From the NCBI GenBank assembly GCA_005888735.1, contig VBBN01000027.1:10969-74968 (forward strand): a stretch of 64,000 bases of DNA, given 5' to 3'. Made by a program: the position numbers and the translations under genes. Source of the DNA: Candidatus Bathyarchaeota archaeon (GTDB lineage: Archaea; Thermoproteota; Bathyarchaeia; 40CM-2-53-6). Positions 20,137 to 28,976 of the stretch are shown here, one piece after another. Position 1 is the stretch's first letter, and every line of letters starts with the position of its first letter. Under the pieces are notes generated by a model. It did no database searches. It worked only from the letters and a program-made list of their open reading frames with translations, and was not told where the DNA came from.

Positions 20137-20441
20137 CGATTCGGCGAGTACCACTCTTTTGCCCCCTCAATTCCCCGTAAAGGTCGCGGGGGGTCGAAAC
20201 ATAGGTCTCTCCCACTCGCGTGTTCAACCAGAAAACTTTGTGGTTTCCAGCCTTCTTTGTTTCTAGTGCGCCCAGCGACAAGGTCGTTGATATCTACCTC
20301 AATTGACTCGGCCTTTCTTCCAATTCGTAAAGCCACGCCTTCTAGGCTATCCATGATTTCGGGGTTTTTGGTGGAAGAGTGCCAAAATGTCTCCTCTCGC
20401 CTCTGTGCGAGCAGTCTAGCTACAACATCCGATCCGATCAT
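20100..20441 (-). pseudogene. Degraded winged-helix-like small protein
   Basis: KNPEIMDSLEGVALRIGRKAESIEVDINDLV resembles an HTH core; the flanks look out of frame. Confidence 0.35.
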
Positions 20442-20701
20442 TTTGACCTGCCCATAGGGCTTTTCAATTTCTCTTTGGCCATGAGGACCATTGGTTCGAA
20501 TTCGAACGCACTCCTCTCGTCTTGAGCCACGTTCAACTCACGATAGAGGGTTTTTACAATCAGCTTCTCTAGAACGAGGGCCCCGTTGTTGAACACCTTC
20601 CAGAGAATTCTGTGGACCTCTCCAGCGGTCTTCGCCTGCTCGTCCAGATGATAGCAGGAGACCAGTGCCCCTAGTGCGGGTTTGCCAAGGATGTTTTGCA
20701 A
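20438..20701 (-). CDS. DUF3227-like small archaeal protein
   Basis: ILWKVFNNGALVLEKLIVKTLYREL resembles the archaeal DUF3227 pattern; ATGA overlap with the next ORF. Confidence 0.5.
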   Translation of the reverse strand: MQNILGKPALGALVSCYHLDEQAKTAGEVHRILWKVFNNGALVLEKLIVKTLYRELNVAQDERSAFEFEPMVLMAKEKLKSPMGRSK

Positions 20702-21003
20702 AGTGCGAAGAACGCATTCACCAAAAGCGCGGGAAAACCATCGGTCGACGTGAGCACCGCTAGTGTTTTCGCCCTGAGCATACGACTCTGTACCACCTTT
20801 GTTTCTGGTCCTGATGCTCGTTTACTGGACCCAGCTACCTTTTCACGTCTCTTGAGAATATGATTTGAAAAAGCTGTAACTCGGGGTCACCTAGCTGGAG
20901 GGGCTCCGCTAGGTCAAACGGCGCTTTGCGACACGGGAATCCTCGTTGGACGCTCAGTCTGCTTGATTCCGCTTTATCGGGGACTTGTGGGGCTGAAGAG
21001 TAC

Positions 21004-22731
21004 CTAATTCTTTGAGGGGGATGCTGCTCGCAGTACGTACTGCGGCACAAGCTCTTCGCCGAACCTACGCCAGACCGGGTAGCTTTGGTAGTTGCCAGCA
21101 GTGAACAGGACTACGAGGTCGAGTTGGGGAATGACGATCACGAGCTGGCCCCCATTGCCTTCAGCAGAATGCCCTTTGTACACAATGCCTTGCGCGTGGT
21201 ATTCGTGTATGTGCCATGCGTACCCGTATCCGTGCTCTCGGTCGTAGCTTGAGTGTCGCTTTGTCGACTGGTCAACCCAGCTCCTGCTCAAAACTCGGGT
21301 TCCATTCCAGGTTCCCCCGGACAAGTACAGCTGTCCCAGTTTTAGAAGGTCCCGGGGACGCATGTAGACTCCCCCGCCCACGTATCCCTCGCCGGTCGGC
21401 ATGAGATTCATGTGATAACGACGAATCTGCATCGGTTTCGCGTAGTGTTTGTGGAAGAACTCTGGAATCCAAGTTCGCATGGTATTCTTGACGACGCCGC
21501 CGAGCAGGTTGATCGTGGCCGAGCAGTAGACGGCCTGACTCCCTCCCGGCTCGTGCGATACGGGCAAGCCGAGCGTGTACTCGTACCAGTCTGGCTGGAG
21601 TCGCTGGCCTTGCATCACGCCCTCGTTTCCTGGGGAGTCGTCATCGTTGTCGTCGCACGCCAGTCCCGTGGTCATTGTGAGGAGGTTTTCGACAGTCAGG
21701 TGCATCTTTCTAGGGTCCATGTTGGGAAACTTGTACTCGGGAAACAGGGGATAGACCGGAGAATTCACGCCGAATTTGGCGCCACTGTCTATGGCGATGC
21801 CGACTAGTACTGAGGCGAAAGTCTTTCCGGCAGAGCGCGTGTCGTGCGGCCTGTCTTTGTCGAAGCCGTTGAAGTACTCTTCGAGGACTAGTTTTCCGTG
21901 GCGGGCTATGAGGAGTCCTTGAACATATGGAGTTGTGTAGTCTGTAGGTTCAGTGTTGAAAATGTGTTCGACCAGTGACGTGATGGGTTTGGAATCTAGC
22001 CCGACACTAGTGAGTGACCCTGTTGTCCAGCCATCATCTTCAGAGATGGGCTGTCGGTAAGCGTATCCTGCATTGTTGGGTGTTCGGGGGTAAAATCCAT
22101 AGGCATTGTTCCTGTCCCGTCGTGTGAGTTCAAGCGATGCTCCCCAGTCAGGAAGGGCGAAATGCAGCCGGTCGTTTTTCCGGTCATAGTTGCCATGGAG
22201 CCTGTCGTTGGGGTTCCGCTTGTTCGAGAATGTGATAAGGTCGGCATCGACGCTAATGGCGAAAGGCCGGCCTACTCCCAGGTTGAATTCTGGGTTGCGT
22301 ATGAAACCGCCGAGCGAGCCATCGGCATTCTTCCGAATTGCCAGGTAGATTGTGAGCGTGTCGTCTAATGGGACGACTTTGCCCCTCCAAACGTTCTCTT
22401 CTAATCGTGTGAGAGTGAGAGGGCTTGCGTATCGGTCGCTTAGAGTAACGCCAGCGGGTTGAATCCAGTGTCCCTCGATACTATTCGCGGTCCGGCCGAC
22501 GTGTCCCCGAAACTCGCCATGGCCGCCAGGCAGCGTGAATGATGTGGAGTTGTCTTTCTGTTCGACGATCGCGTCAAATCCTTTGACGCTCGCAATCCAT
22601 TCTTGTCCACGGCCGTCAATGGTCAGCTGACCGCGTATAAGGGGTCCAAAGACAATCTCACCGCCCCACAACCCGAGAAGCTGCTCCAACTCGGTCTCCT
22701 GCTGCGGGTTTTCCGTGTTTTGCTGTTGCAA
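21004..22731 (-). CDS. Serine hydrolase, class C beta-lactamase family, with N-terminal beta domain
   Basis: GLLIARHGKLVLEEYF, SxxK (RSAGKT), LLTMTTG, YCS, RPRDLLKLGQL, GNGGQ. Confidence 0.92.
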   Translation of the reverse strand: MQQQNTENPQQETELEQLLGLWGGEIVFGPLIRGQLTIDGRGQEWIASVKGFDAIVEQKDNSTSFTLPGGHGEFRGHVGRTANSIEGHWIQPAGVTLSDRYASPLTLTRLEENVWRGKVVPLDDTLTIYLAIRKNADGSLGGFIRNPEFNLGVGRPFAISVDADLITFSNKRNPNDRLHGNYDRKNDRLHFALPDWGASLELTRRDRNNAYGFYPRTPNNAGYAYRQPISEDDGWTTGSLTSVGLDSKPITSLVEHIFNTEPTDYTTPYVQGLLIARHGKLVLEEYFNGFDKDRPHDTRSAGKTFASVLVGIAIDSGAKFGVNSPVYPLFPEYKFPNMDPRKMHLTVENLLTMTTGLACDDNDDDSPGNEGVMQGQRLQPDWYEYTLGLPVSHEPGGSQAVYCSATINLLGGVVKNTMRTWIPEFFHKHYAKPMQIRRYHMNLMPTGEGYVGGGVYMRPRDLLKLGQLYLSGGTWNGTRVLSRSWVDQSTKRHSSYDREHGYGYAWHIHEYHAQGIVYKGHSAEGNGGQLVIVIPQLDLVVLFTAGNYQSYPVWRRFGEELVPQYVLRAASPSKN

Positions 22732-22884
22732 TCTCAGGGTCGCGTCTGCTAGGGCGATTTAAGGACAAGGGGACAATCAGTCAGTACGAGGGGCCCGTCA
22801 TTCAGATCTGACAGGAACTCAAAGCTCGAGTGATTCTCGAAGGCTTAAGGCAAACCATAGCGGAGAGATACCGAGGTCTGCGCT

Positions 22885-23070
22885 TTGGCCGTCTGCGCCT
22901 TCCGTCACGAATACGTCCCAGAGAATTGGCTAATTGTATTAGAGACAAGAGGGGCCACCGCACCTGTGTGTCCTCGCTGCCTCACCCTAATCATAGTTCA
23001 CCGGCGGGTTCATCACATGAAGCTTGAGCAGGTCATACCCCAAATGGCAATGTCCGACGAGACCAGTTGA
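22885..23070 (+). CDS. Small putative zinc-binding protein (61 aa)
   Basis: CxxxH...CPRC; GAGGT upstream; CTTAAG box near 22844; TTGA overlap with the LLM gene. Confidence 0.5.
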   Translation: MAVCAFRHEYVPENWLIVLETRGATAPVCPRCLTLIIVHRRVHHMKLEQVIPQMAMSDETS

Positions 23071-24146
23071 CCAAGCACAGGCGACCTGCTCGTTTCGGAG
23101 TACGAATCTTCCAAGCAGCCGATGAATCCTTCCAACAGGTCGTCCACAGAACCTACTTTTTGGAGAAGGCTGGCTTCGACTCTGCGTTCTTGGACGATCA
23201 TCTTCTCTATGGGACCGGTCAAGCGGCCGCCCCTGAACCGTTCACAACAATCGCCAACCTCGCGGCCCAGACTCGAACGATCAAGATGGGAGTCGCAGTC
23301 ACCGACCTGGTTCGACGACACCCAGCCATCGTCGCCCAGACCGCGGCGACCCTGACTGCGATGTTTCCCGGACGCGTCTTTCTGGGTCTTGGAGCTGGCG
23401 ACCCGATGAACCAAGCCCCGTTCGGCATGCCCACCGATTATCGATACGGTAAACTCGAGGAAGGACTCACAGTGATGAAGATACTCTGGGACTCGACAAT
23501 TGAGCGTCCTGCTACTTTCAAAGGCCAGTTTTACAGCCTAAAAAACGCGCACCTGCAGATTCCTAGGAGCAGCCCTGTTCCAATCTACCTTGCAGCCTTC
23601 GGGGACAAAATGCTCCGACTGACAGGAGCACAGGCAGACGGATGGATCCCACACTGCCACAACACAGAGACCTACAGGGAAGACCTAGCGAAAATTCGAG
23701 AGTCGGCCAACGAGGCCCAACGGCAACTCCGCCTGTTCAACCCAGCCTACTACACTCTCGCCAGCGTGTCAAAGCAGCGGGCAGAGGCGGACAAGCAGAT
23801 TCTCGGCCCCGCAAGATACTTTCTAGCGCTCATACCTGAGGCCTTGAGGAAAGTGGACCCTTCGGCTCCGCATCCTGGACGAATTTGGGAACGCCTCGAT
23901 AACCCAAAGGCGCAACGGAGGGTAATTCACAAAATTGCCCAGTCCATACCCGAACAAACAGCGTTCGACACAGTGATCCATGGCACGCCTGACGATTGTA
24001 TTCAACAAGTAGAACGATTCCAAAAGGTAGGGTGTAGAGAGCTTATGCTAACCTTCGTTCCCGAGGGAGGACTGTGGTCAACGAAGGGAATCCTCCCACA
24101 AGCGCGCGTTTTCATAGAGAAAGTGGCTAGCTACTTCAGAGAATAA
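23067..24146 (+). CDS. LLM-class flavin-dependent oxidoreductase
   Basis: EKAGFDSAFLDDH, RHPAIVAQTAATL, GRVFLGLGAG, ADGWIP, GTPDDC. Confidence 0.92.
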   Translation: MTKHRRPARFGVRIFQAADESFQQVVHRTYFLEKAGFDSAFLDDHLLYGTGQAAAPEPFTTIANLAAQTRTIKMGVAVTDLVRRHPAIVAQTAATLTAMFPGRVFLGLGAGDPMNQAPFGMPTDYRYGKLEEGLTVMKILWDSTIERPATFKGQFYSLKNAHLQIPRSSPVPIYLAAFGDKMLRLTGAQADGWIPHCHNTETYREDLAKIRESANEAQRQLRLFNPAYYTLASVSKQRAEADKQILGPARYFLALIPEALRKVDPSAPHPGRIWERLDNPKAQRRVIHKIAQSIPEQTAFDTVIHGTPDDCIQQVERFQKVGCRELMLTFVPEGGLWSTKGILPQARVFIEKVASYFRE

Positions 24147-24161
24147 CACGGCGGCTAACTA

Positions 24162-24899
24162 TCAAGACGTTTTCTCAATAACTGCGACGTACGAGGGTCC
24201 CCTTCCGAGAACCCGCCGAGCCTTCCAACCGGTGCCCTGCAAGAGCTTTTCCATTTCGTCCCGAGAGACGAAGAGATAGTCGAACCACGGTGTTGCAATC
24301 TTTCGATAAAGGATCCGCATTCTGATTTGGCCTCCCATTCTGCCACGTCTCCTGTTTCGTCGGTGGTAGGCGAGATGGTCAGGGTCCCTCGTATCGTAAG
24401 GGTCTAGGGTCTCCGCCACAATACGCCCGCCCGCTCCGGTCACCTTGTGAAGCCTGCGTAACATGAGACGTGCTCTTCTGAAGCTGTGAAAGAGCCCGAA
24501 GTTGTTGCCCATCATGATAACGGTGTCAAAGGTTCCGAGCTTTGAAGAAACATTCTCAAATGACATGACCTTAACCTTCTTCAAACCTCTCCGCTTGGAG
24601 ATTTTCACAGCGAACGGGGAAGCGTCTATTCCGATGACATCGAGCTTTTTCTTCTGCTGAAGATACAGCGAATGCCTCCCGGCTCCACATCCGACATCCA
24701 GAACTCTTCCCCTGACATAGTTCATAGCGTCCCTCTCGATTCTAGGCCATTGACGGAATGTCCTGAAGTACATCGAAACGGGGTTGGCTTCGATGAAGCC
24801 GTCGTCCCGCTGGATGATTTCGGAAACGTCTCTCCCTTTGAAGAAGTCATTCATCAAACGACCCTGAGCATCCTGGGTTTCCGTGAGGCTCTTGGGCAT
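24162..24899 (-). CDS. Class I SAM-dependent methyltransferase
   Basis: RDDG, GRVLDVGCGAGRHSLYLQ, FDTVIMMGNNFG. Start set to ATG 24899. Confidence 0.88.
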   Translation of the reverse strand: MPKSLTETQDAQGRLMNDFFKGRDVSEIIQRDDGFIEANPVSMYFRTFRQWPRIERDAMNYVRGRVLDVGCGAGRHSLYLQQKKKLDVIGIDASPFAVKISKRRGLKKVKVMSFENVSSKLGTFDTVIMMGNNFGLFHSFRRARLMLRRLHKVTGAGGRIVAETLDPYDTRDPDHLAYHRRNRRRGRMGGQIRMRILYRKIATPWFDYLFVSRDEMEKLLQGTGWKARRVLGRGPSYVAVIEKTS

Positions 24900-24942
24900 A
24901 CGAACGCCTCTAGCGCTAGGCATATAGGCAAGATTTGCAGTC

Positions 24943-25293
24943 ATGGAAATGGGCGTTTCACTCGTGGAAGAACAGGCACGAGCTCGCCAAGCTGGAAGCA
25001 CGCGTTCGGAGATGGCAAGGGCGACCGTTTTTGTTGGTGGGATGTATTGCGCGAAGTGTTCAGACGCTATTCGGGACAGCCTATCTAGGGTAAGAGGGGT
25101 CGTCGAGGTCCTCGTCACCAATTACGTCGAATCACCGTACGGAATAGTCCAGGTCTTCTATGACTCGCGACAGGTAAGAACTGACGAGTTCCTAGCGCAC
25201 CTCAGAACTCCGTACTGGGCAACTCTCATAGAAGACAGGGACCCGAAAAGGGAACAGACGCTTCAGAGATACACCGAAATCTACGTCTGCTGA
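24943..25293 (+). CDS. Heavy-metal-associated (HMA/CopZ-like) protein
   Basis: GMYCAKC metal-binding motif; alternative start ATG 25012. Confidence 0.8.
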   Translation: MEMGVSLVEEQARARQAGSTRSEMARATVFVGGMYCAKCSDAIRDSLSRVRGVVEVLVTNYVESPYGIVQVFYDSRQVRTDEFLAHLRTPYWATLIEDRDPKREQTLQRYTEIYVC

Positions 25294-25421
25294 GAATCGG
25301 GCCGGGACCAACCGAAAGTATTACTAGGATGCCGGCTGAATTGCAGACCCTCGATTTGAAGGGTCACAATTGTTCAGGTCGCGAGACTCGGTAGGAAGCG
25401 GCTCTAGGGTTGAGCCAACTC

Positions 25422-25682
25422 TTACTGAGTAAGACCGCCGCTCTTTCGAGCGATGCTCAGAGCGGGTACGAGTTGAGGTCTGTGGTTGCTGTTGCTCTGA
25501 ATCCCTGTCCGTGATGTTGAGAAAGATGAGACTGCTTGGTTTCTGGTGAATGTGCTTTGTCTTGCCCAGTCCGGAATTATGACGGCACGGATGAGCTCTT
25601 GAACGCTTATTCCTCGATCCTCAGCTTCATTCGATAAGAGTCGAAAGTTTTCGTCGCGGAGAGAAAGCATGAATTTTGCCAT
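25422..25682 (-). CDS. Small ribbon-helix-helix-like DNA-binding protein
   Basis: MAKFMLSL..EAEDRGISVQELIRAVII; GGTGA RBS and TTTATA box upstream on the minus strand. Confidence 0.7.
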   Translation of the reverse strand: MAKFMLSLRDENFRLLSNEAEDRGISVQELIRAVIIPDWARQSTFTRNQAVSSFSTSRTGIQSNSNHRPQLVPALSIARKSGGLTQ

Positions 25683-25858
25683 TCATTCACCAACGAGTCG
25701 CGGAAGAGTTGGTATGATGAGCAGGTCATATAAACATTTTTGGAAAAAGGTAAGGAATCTTTTGTCGGAACACGGTGAATTTAGTCACAAGGGAATGTCT
25801 ATCAACACGCTCAGAACAAGGAAATCTATTCAGAGCCTCGCCTAATGGAGTGTGATTC

Positions 25859-26605
25859 TTGAGAAACCCGATCGACATCCACCTTAACGAAGCTCCGAAG
25901 CTGCGAAAGCCGATCATGATCGCTGGACTTCCCGACAGCGGCCGTGTTGCCAAGATAGTCCTCGATTTTCTCATTAAAACACTCAACGCCCAGCCAATGG
26001 GCCATCTATACTCTGACTATCTGCCACCACGGGTCCTTCTGGACTCTGACAGCTCGCCAAGCCTGATGAGACACGAAATCTATTATTGGGTCAACACAAA
26101 CGCAGAGCAGGACCTCATTCTATACACCGGAGACGCGCAGCCGATACTGCCGGAAGGCGCCTTTCGATTGTCGGAGGCCGTCGTGAACCTTGCTGAACAG
26201 CTCGGTGTTGACACGATCCTTACTGTCGGTGCGTTTATCACGGGAAAGATTGCTGAGAAGCCTAAGGTCTACGGGGCCGCAAGCGATCTTGACCTTGTCA
26301 AGGAACTGCAGCAGCTCGACGTGAGCATCATCGATAGCGGTGCGGTGACTTGGATGAACGGTCTGATTCCGGGTCTGGCGAAGGTCCGCAAGTTGAAAGG
26401 TCTCTTCCTGTCAGGGGAGACATCAGGGTTCATGGTTGATCCACGAGCCGCCGTCATAATTCTAAAGGTCCTAGCTAGAAAGTTTGGCCTACAGATTGAC
26501 ATGGACGAGCTGGAAAAACAGGCGAAAGAGATTGAAGAAGCCTTGCGGAAGAGCGGCGAAAAATTCGGCCGACAAGCAACAGGAAGCTCTGAGTACATAG
26601 GATAG
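25859..26605 (+). CDS. PAC2-family proteasome assembly chaperone
   Basis: AGLPDSGRVAKI, GDAQP, GETSGFMVDPRAA, C-terminal EYIG. Confidence 0.88.
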   Translation: MRNPIDIHLNEAPKLRKPIMIAGLPDSGRVAKIVLDFLIKTLNAQPMGHLYSDYLPPRVLLDSDSSPSLMRHEIYYWVNTNAEQDLILYTGDAQPILPEGAFRLSEAVVNLAEQLGVDTILTVGAFITGKIAEKPKVYGAASDLDLVKELQQLDVSIIDSGAVTWMNGLIPGLAKVRKLKGLFLSGETSGFMVDPRAAVIILKVLARKFGLQIDMDELEKQAKEIEEALRKSGEKFGRQATGSSEYIG

Positions 26606-26612
26606 TGGGTCC

Positions 26613-27476
26613 TTGGGAAAAACGGCTGATTACCGCGTCATTCTCGGGGACAGCCGTTGGATGCGAGAACTGGCTGACGAGTCTATTCACTTGGTGGTCA
26701 CCTCGCCCCCGTATCCGATGGTCGCGCTCTGGGACGGTTTCTTCGCGCAGGAATCATTTCACAGCTATGACAGCATGCACGGTTACTTAGACCAGGTTTG
26801 GAGAGAGGTATCGCGTGTCCTCGTCAACGGAGGACTTGCTTGCGTCAACATCGGAGACGCGACCAGAACGGTCGATGGCACATTCCGCCTCTACCCGAAC
26901 CATTCACGTGTCATCGAAGCCTTCGAGCGACTCGGCCTCGCTACCCTTCCGTACATTCTCTGGAAGAAGCCGACTACGAAACCCCATTACAAAGGGAAAG
27001 GCGCATTCCTCGGCTCAGGCTTCCTCCCGCCAAACGCGTATGTCACGTTGGACATGGAGTATATCCTGATTTTCAGAAAAGGCGGGCTGCGCTCGTTCGT
27101 CCCGAAGGACCCCGTACGTTACCGGAGCGTATTCACAAAGTCAGAACGGGACAAGTGGTTTTCACAGGTCTGGACAGTGACTGGGGCGAGGCAGAACGTC
27201 GACGGTGTAGAGAGAAGAATCGCCGCGTTCCCAGAGGAGATTCCGAGAAGACTGATCCGAATGTTCTCCGTTCTGGACGACATGGTTCTAGACCCGTTTC
27301 TCGGGTCTGGGACCAGCCTCAAGGTCGCGCTTGACCTTCAACGAAGATTTGTGGGGTATGAGCGAATGGCGGAGATGGAAACTCTGATCAGAAAGAGACT
27401 AGGTGGAATGTCAACAAATGTCTTGTTCGAAAAGCAGCCACCAATCGATATTTCAACTTCTCAGGTTGAAAATTAG
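26613..27476 (+). CDS. Orphan beta-class N4-cytosine DNA methyltransferase (M.MthZI/Zim-like)
   Basis: VTSPPYPM, NIGDATR, LYPNH, GSGFLPPNAYVT, EYILIFRK, DPFLGSGT; no adjacent restriction endonuclease. Confidence 0.88.
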   Translation: MGKTADYRVILGDSRWMRELADESIHLVVTSPPYPMVALWDGFFAQESFHSYDSMHGYLDQVWREVSRVLVNGGLACVNIGDATRTVDGTFRLYPNHSRVIEAFERLGLATLPYILWKKPTTKPHYKGKGAFLGSGFLPPNAYVTLDMEYILIFRKGGLRSFVPKDPVRYRSVFTKSERDKWFSQVWTVTGARQNVDGVERRIAAFPEEIPRRLIRMFSVLDDMVLDPFLGSGTSLKVALDLQRRFVGYERMAEMETLIRKRLGGMSTNVLFEKQPPIDISTSQVEN

Positions 27477-28181
27477 TGGTTGGACCTCTCGGAGCGAGCG
27501 GACCTCGTAGTCTGGGTGTCCCATGTTGTTGCCGTCTCGTCTGACCCTTATCATAACCATGCCAGCAGCTTTCGCCCCATCGATGTCTGTCCTAGGATTG
27601 TCGCCGACATAGACGCAGTTTTTTGGGTTCAGCCCTAGACGACGTGCGACCAGCATGAACGGGGTTTTGCTGGGTTTCACTTTTGGCGTGTCCTCTCCCG
27701 CAACAACAATTGTTTCGAGTAGAGTTCTGAAACTTTGCAGGCGTATCCTCTTCCTCTTCATTCCTGGTGTTCCGTCGCTATCCGAGACCACTCCTATTTT
27801 GAACCCCGCCTTCTTGAACACCTTCAGGGTGGGCTCTGCGTCTTTGAAAGGTGGGCTTTCTGCCGCGTAGATTTTCCAGTAGTGAAGGGTTGTTTGGTGA
27901 ACCCAGGTACCCGAAAGATGTGATAATCCCAGCTCTCTCAGGAGGGTCTTCCACCAAACATCTCTGTTGTACAATCGTTTCTTGCCCAGCATGAACTGGT
28001 CGATTAGACGGAGCTGTCTAAGTAGCTCGGCCTTCCCGTAGACATAGCCCTGTTTCGCCAGGTGTTCGTGAATCATTTCAGAGGCTGACTTGAGCGCTCT
28101 CAGCGCACCACGTCTCGATCTAAGCAGTGTATTGTCAAGGTCGAAAATGACCCCTTGAACTCGCTGCTTTACGGTTCTCAA
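27453..28181 (-). CDS. HAD-superfamily hydrolase
   Basis: FDLDNTL, VVSD, KP, YVGDNPRTDIDGA. Confidence 0.92.
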   Translation of the reverse strand: MRTVKQRVQGVIFDLDNTLLRSRRGALRALKSASEMIHEHLAKQGYVYGKAELLRQLRLIDQFMLGKKRLYNRDVWWKTLLRELGLSHLSGTWVHQTTLHYWKIYAAESPPFKDAEPTLKVFKKAGFKIGVVSDSDGTPGMKRKRIRLQSFRTLLETIVVAGEDTPKVKPSKTPFMLVARRLGLNPKNCVYVGDNPRTDIDGAKAAGMVMIRVRRDGNNMGHPDYEVRSLREVQPLIFNLRS

Positions 28182-28184
28182 CCT

Positions 28185-28961
28185 CTACTGGTAAGTTTCG
28201 GGCCGCCTGTCTGCGAATCGAAGTTTCCTCAGACGGTTGTGCAAGGGGAGGTCGATGTTTTCAAGAATGATTCCTTCCGACTGTTGCGTTATGGTCCTGA
28301 TCCTAGGGTGCGCAATCTTTCTCACCGGGTCTTGACGGAGGCTAACGATGGTAGTTCCCCCTATGAACAGGGGAGGGGCGTAGACGTTGGGGGCGATTAT
28401 TGGAATGCGGTTCTCCAGTGCGCGGACTGTTAGGTACTGTTGCCAGGGCCGGTTTCCCCCCTTGATGATCCGGGACGGGCAGAGGATGATGTCTGCTCCG
28501 TTTAGGGCGTAGATTCGGGAGGGCTCCGGAAAGTCAACATCGTAACAGACGAGTATTCCCGCTTTGTAACCATCAAGCTTGAAGACTTGGTAGGTGTCCC
28601 CGGGCTTGGCGAGCTTCTTCTCTCTCCAGAACAGGTGGACTTTGAACTGGCGACCCAGAAGCCTTCCTTTTGAATTGATGATCGGGCTGCTCAGCCAGAC
28701 CTGACCCTTGACGCGTTCGAAGAACGCGCCGGCTACAATGGTGACCCCGTAATCCTTTGCAAGAGACTGGAAGTATGGGATTGGGTCGACAGGTGTCGGA
28801 ATTATTTCTTCTGGAAGCCAGTGTTCCGGGAGACAGATAATGTCAGCTCCTCGCTCCGCAGCTCTTCCCGCAAGTTTGACCCCTTGGTCGATGGTCTTGT
28901 CTATAGCTCGGGAGACGGGCCTTACTTGCACTGCTGCTGCGATGAGCTTGTTACGGGTCAT
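28185..28961 (-). CDS. Carbon-nitrogen hydrolase
   Basis: LPE, FKVHL, VCYD, RALEN. Confidence 0.9.
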   Translation of the reverse strand: MTRNKLIAAAVQVRPVSRAIDKTIDQGVKLAGRAAERGADIICLPEHWLPEEIIPTPVDPIPYFQSLAKDYGVTIVAGAFFERVKGQVWLSSPIINSKGRLLGRQFKVHLFWREKKLAKPGDTYQVFKLDGYKAGILVCYDVDFPEPSRIYALNGADIILCPSRIIKGGNRPWQQYLTVRALENRIPIIAPNVYAPPLFIGGTTIVSLRQDPVRKIAHPRIRTITQQSEGIILENIDLPLHNRLRKLRFADRRPETYQ

Positions 28962-28976
28962 AGAATGAGCGCCAGT

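Noticed and set aside
25714-25740. C/D box sRNA (ATGATGA; also GTGATGA near 32710)
   Set aside because: No properly spaced CTGA D/D' boxes, and the first site is next to a promoter.
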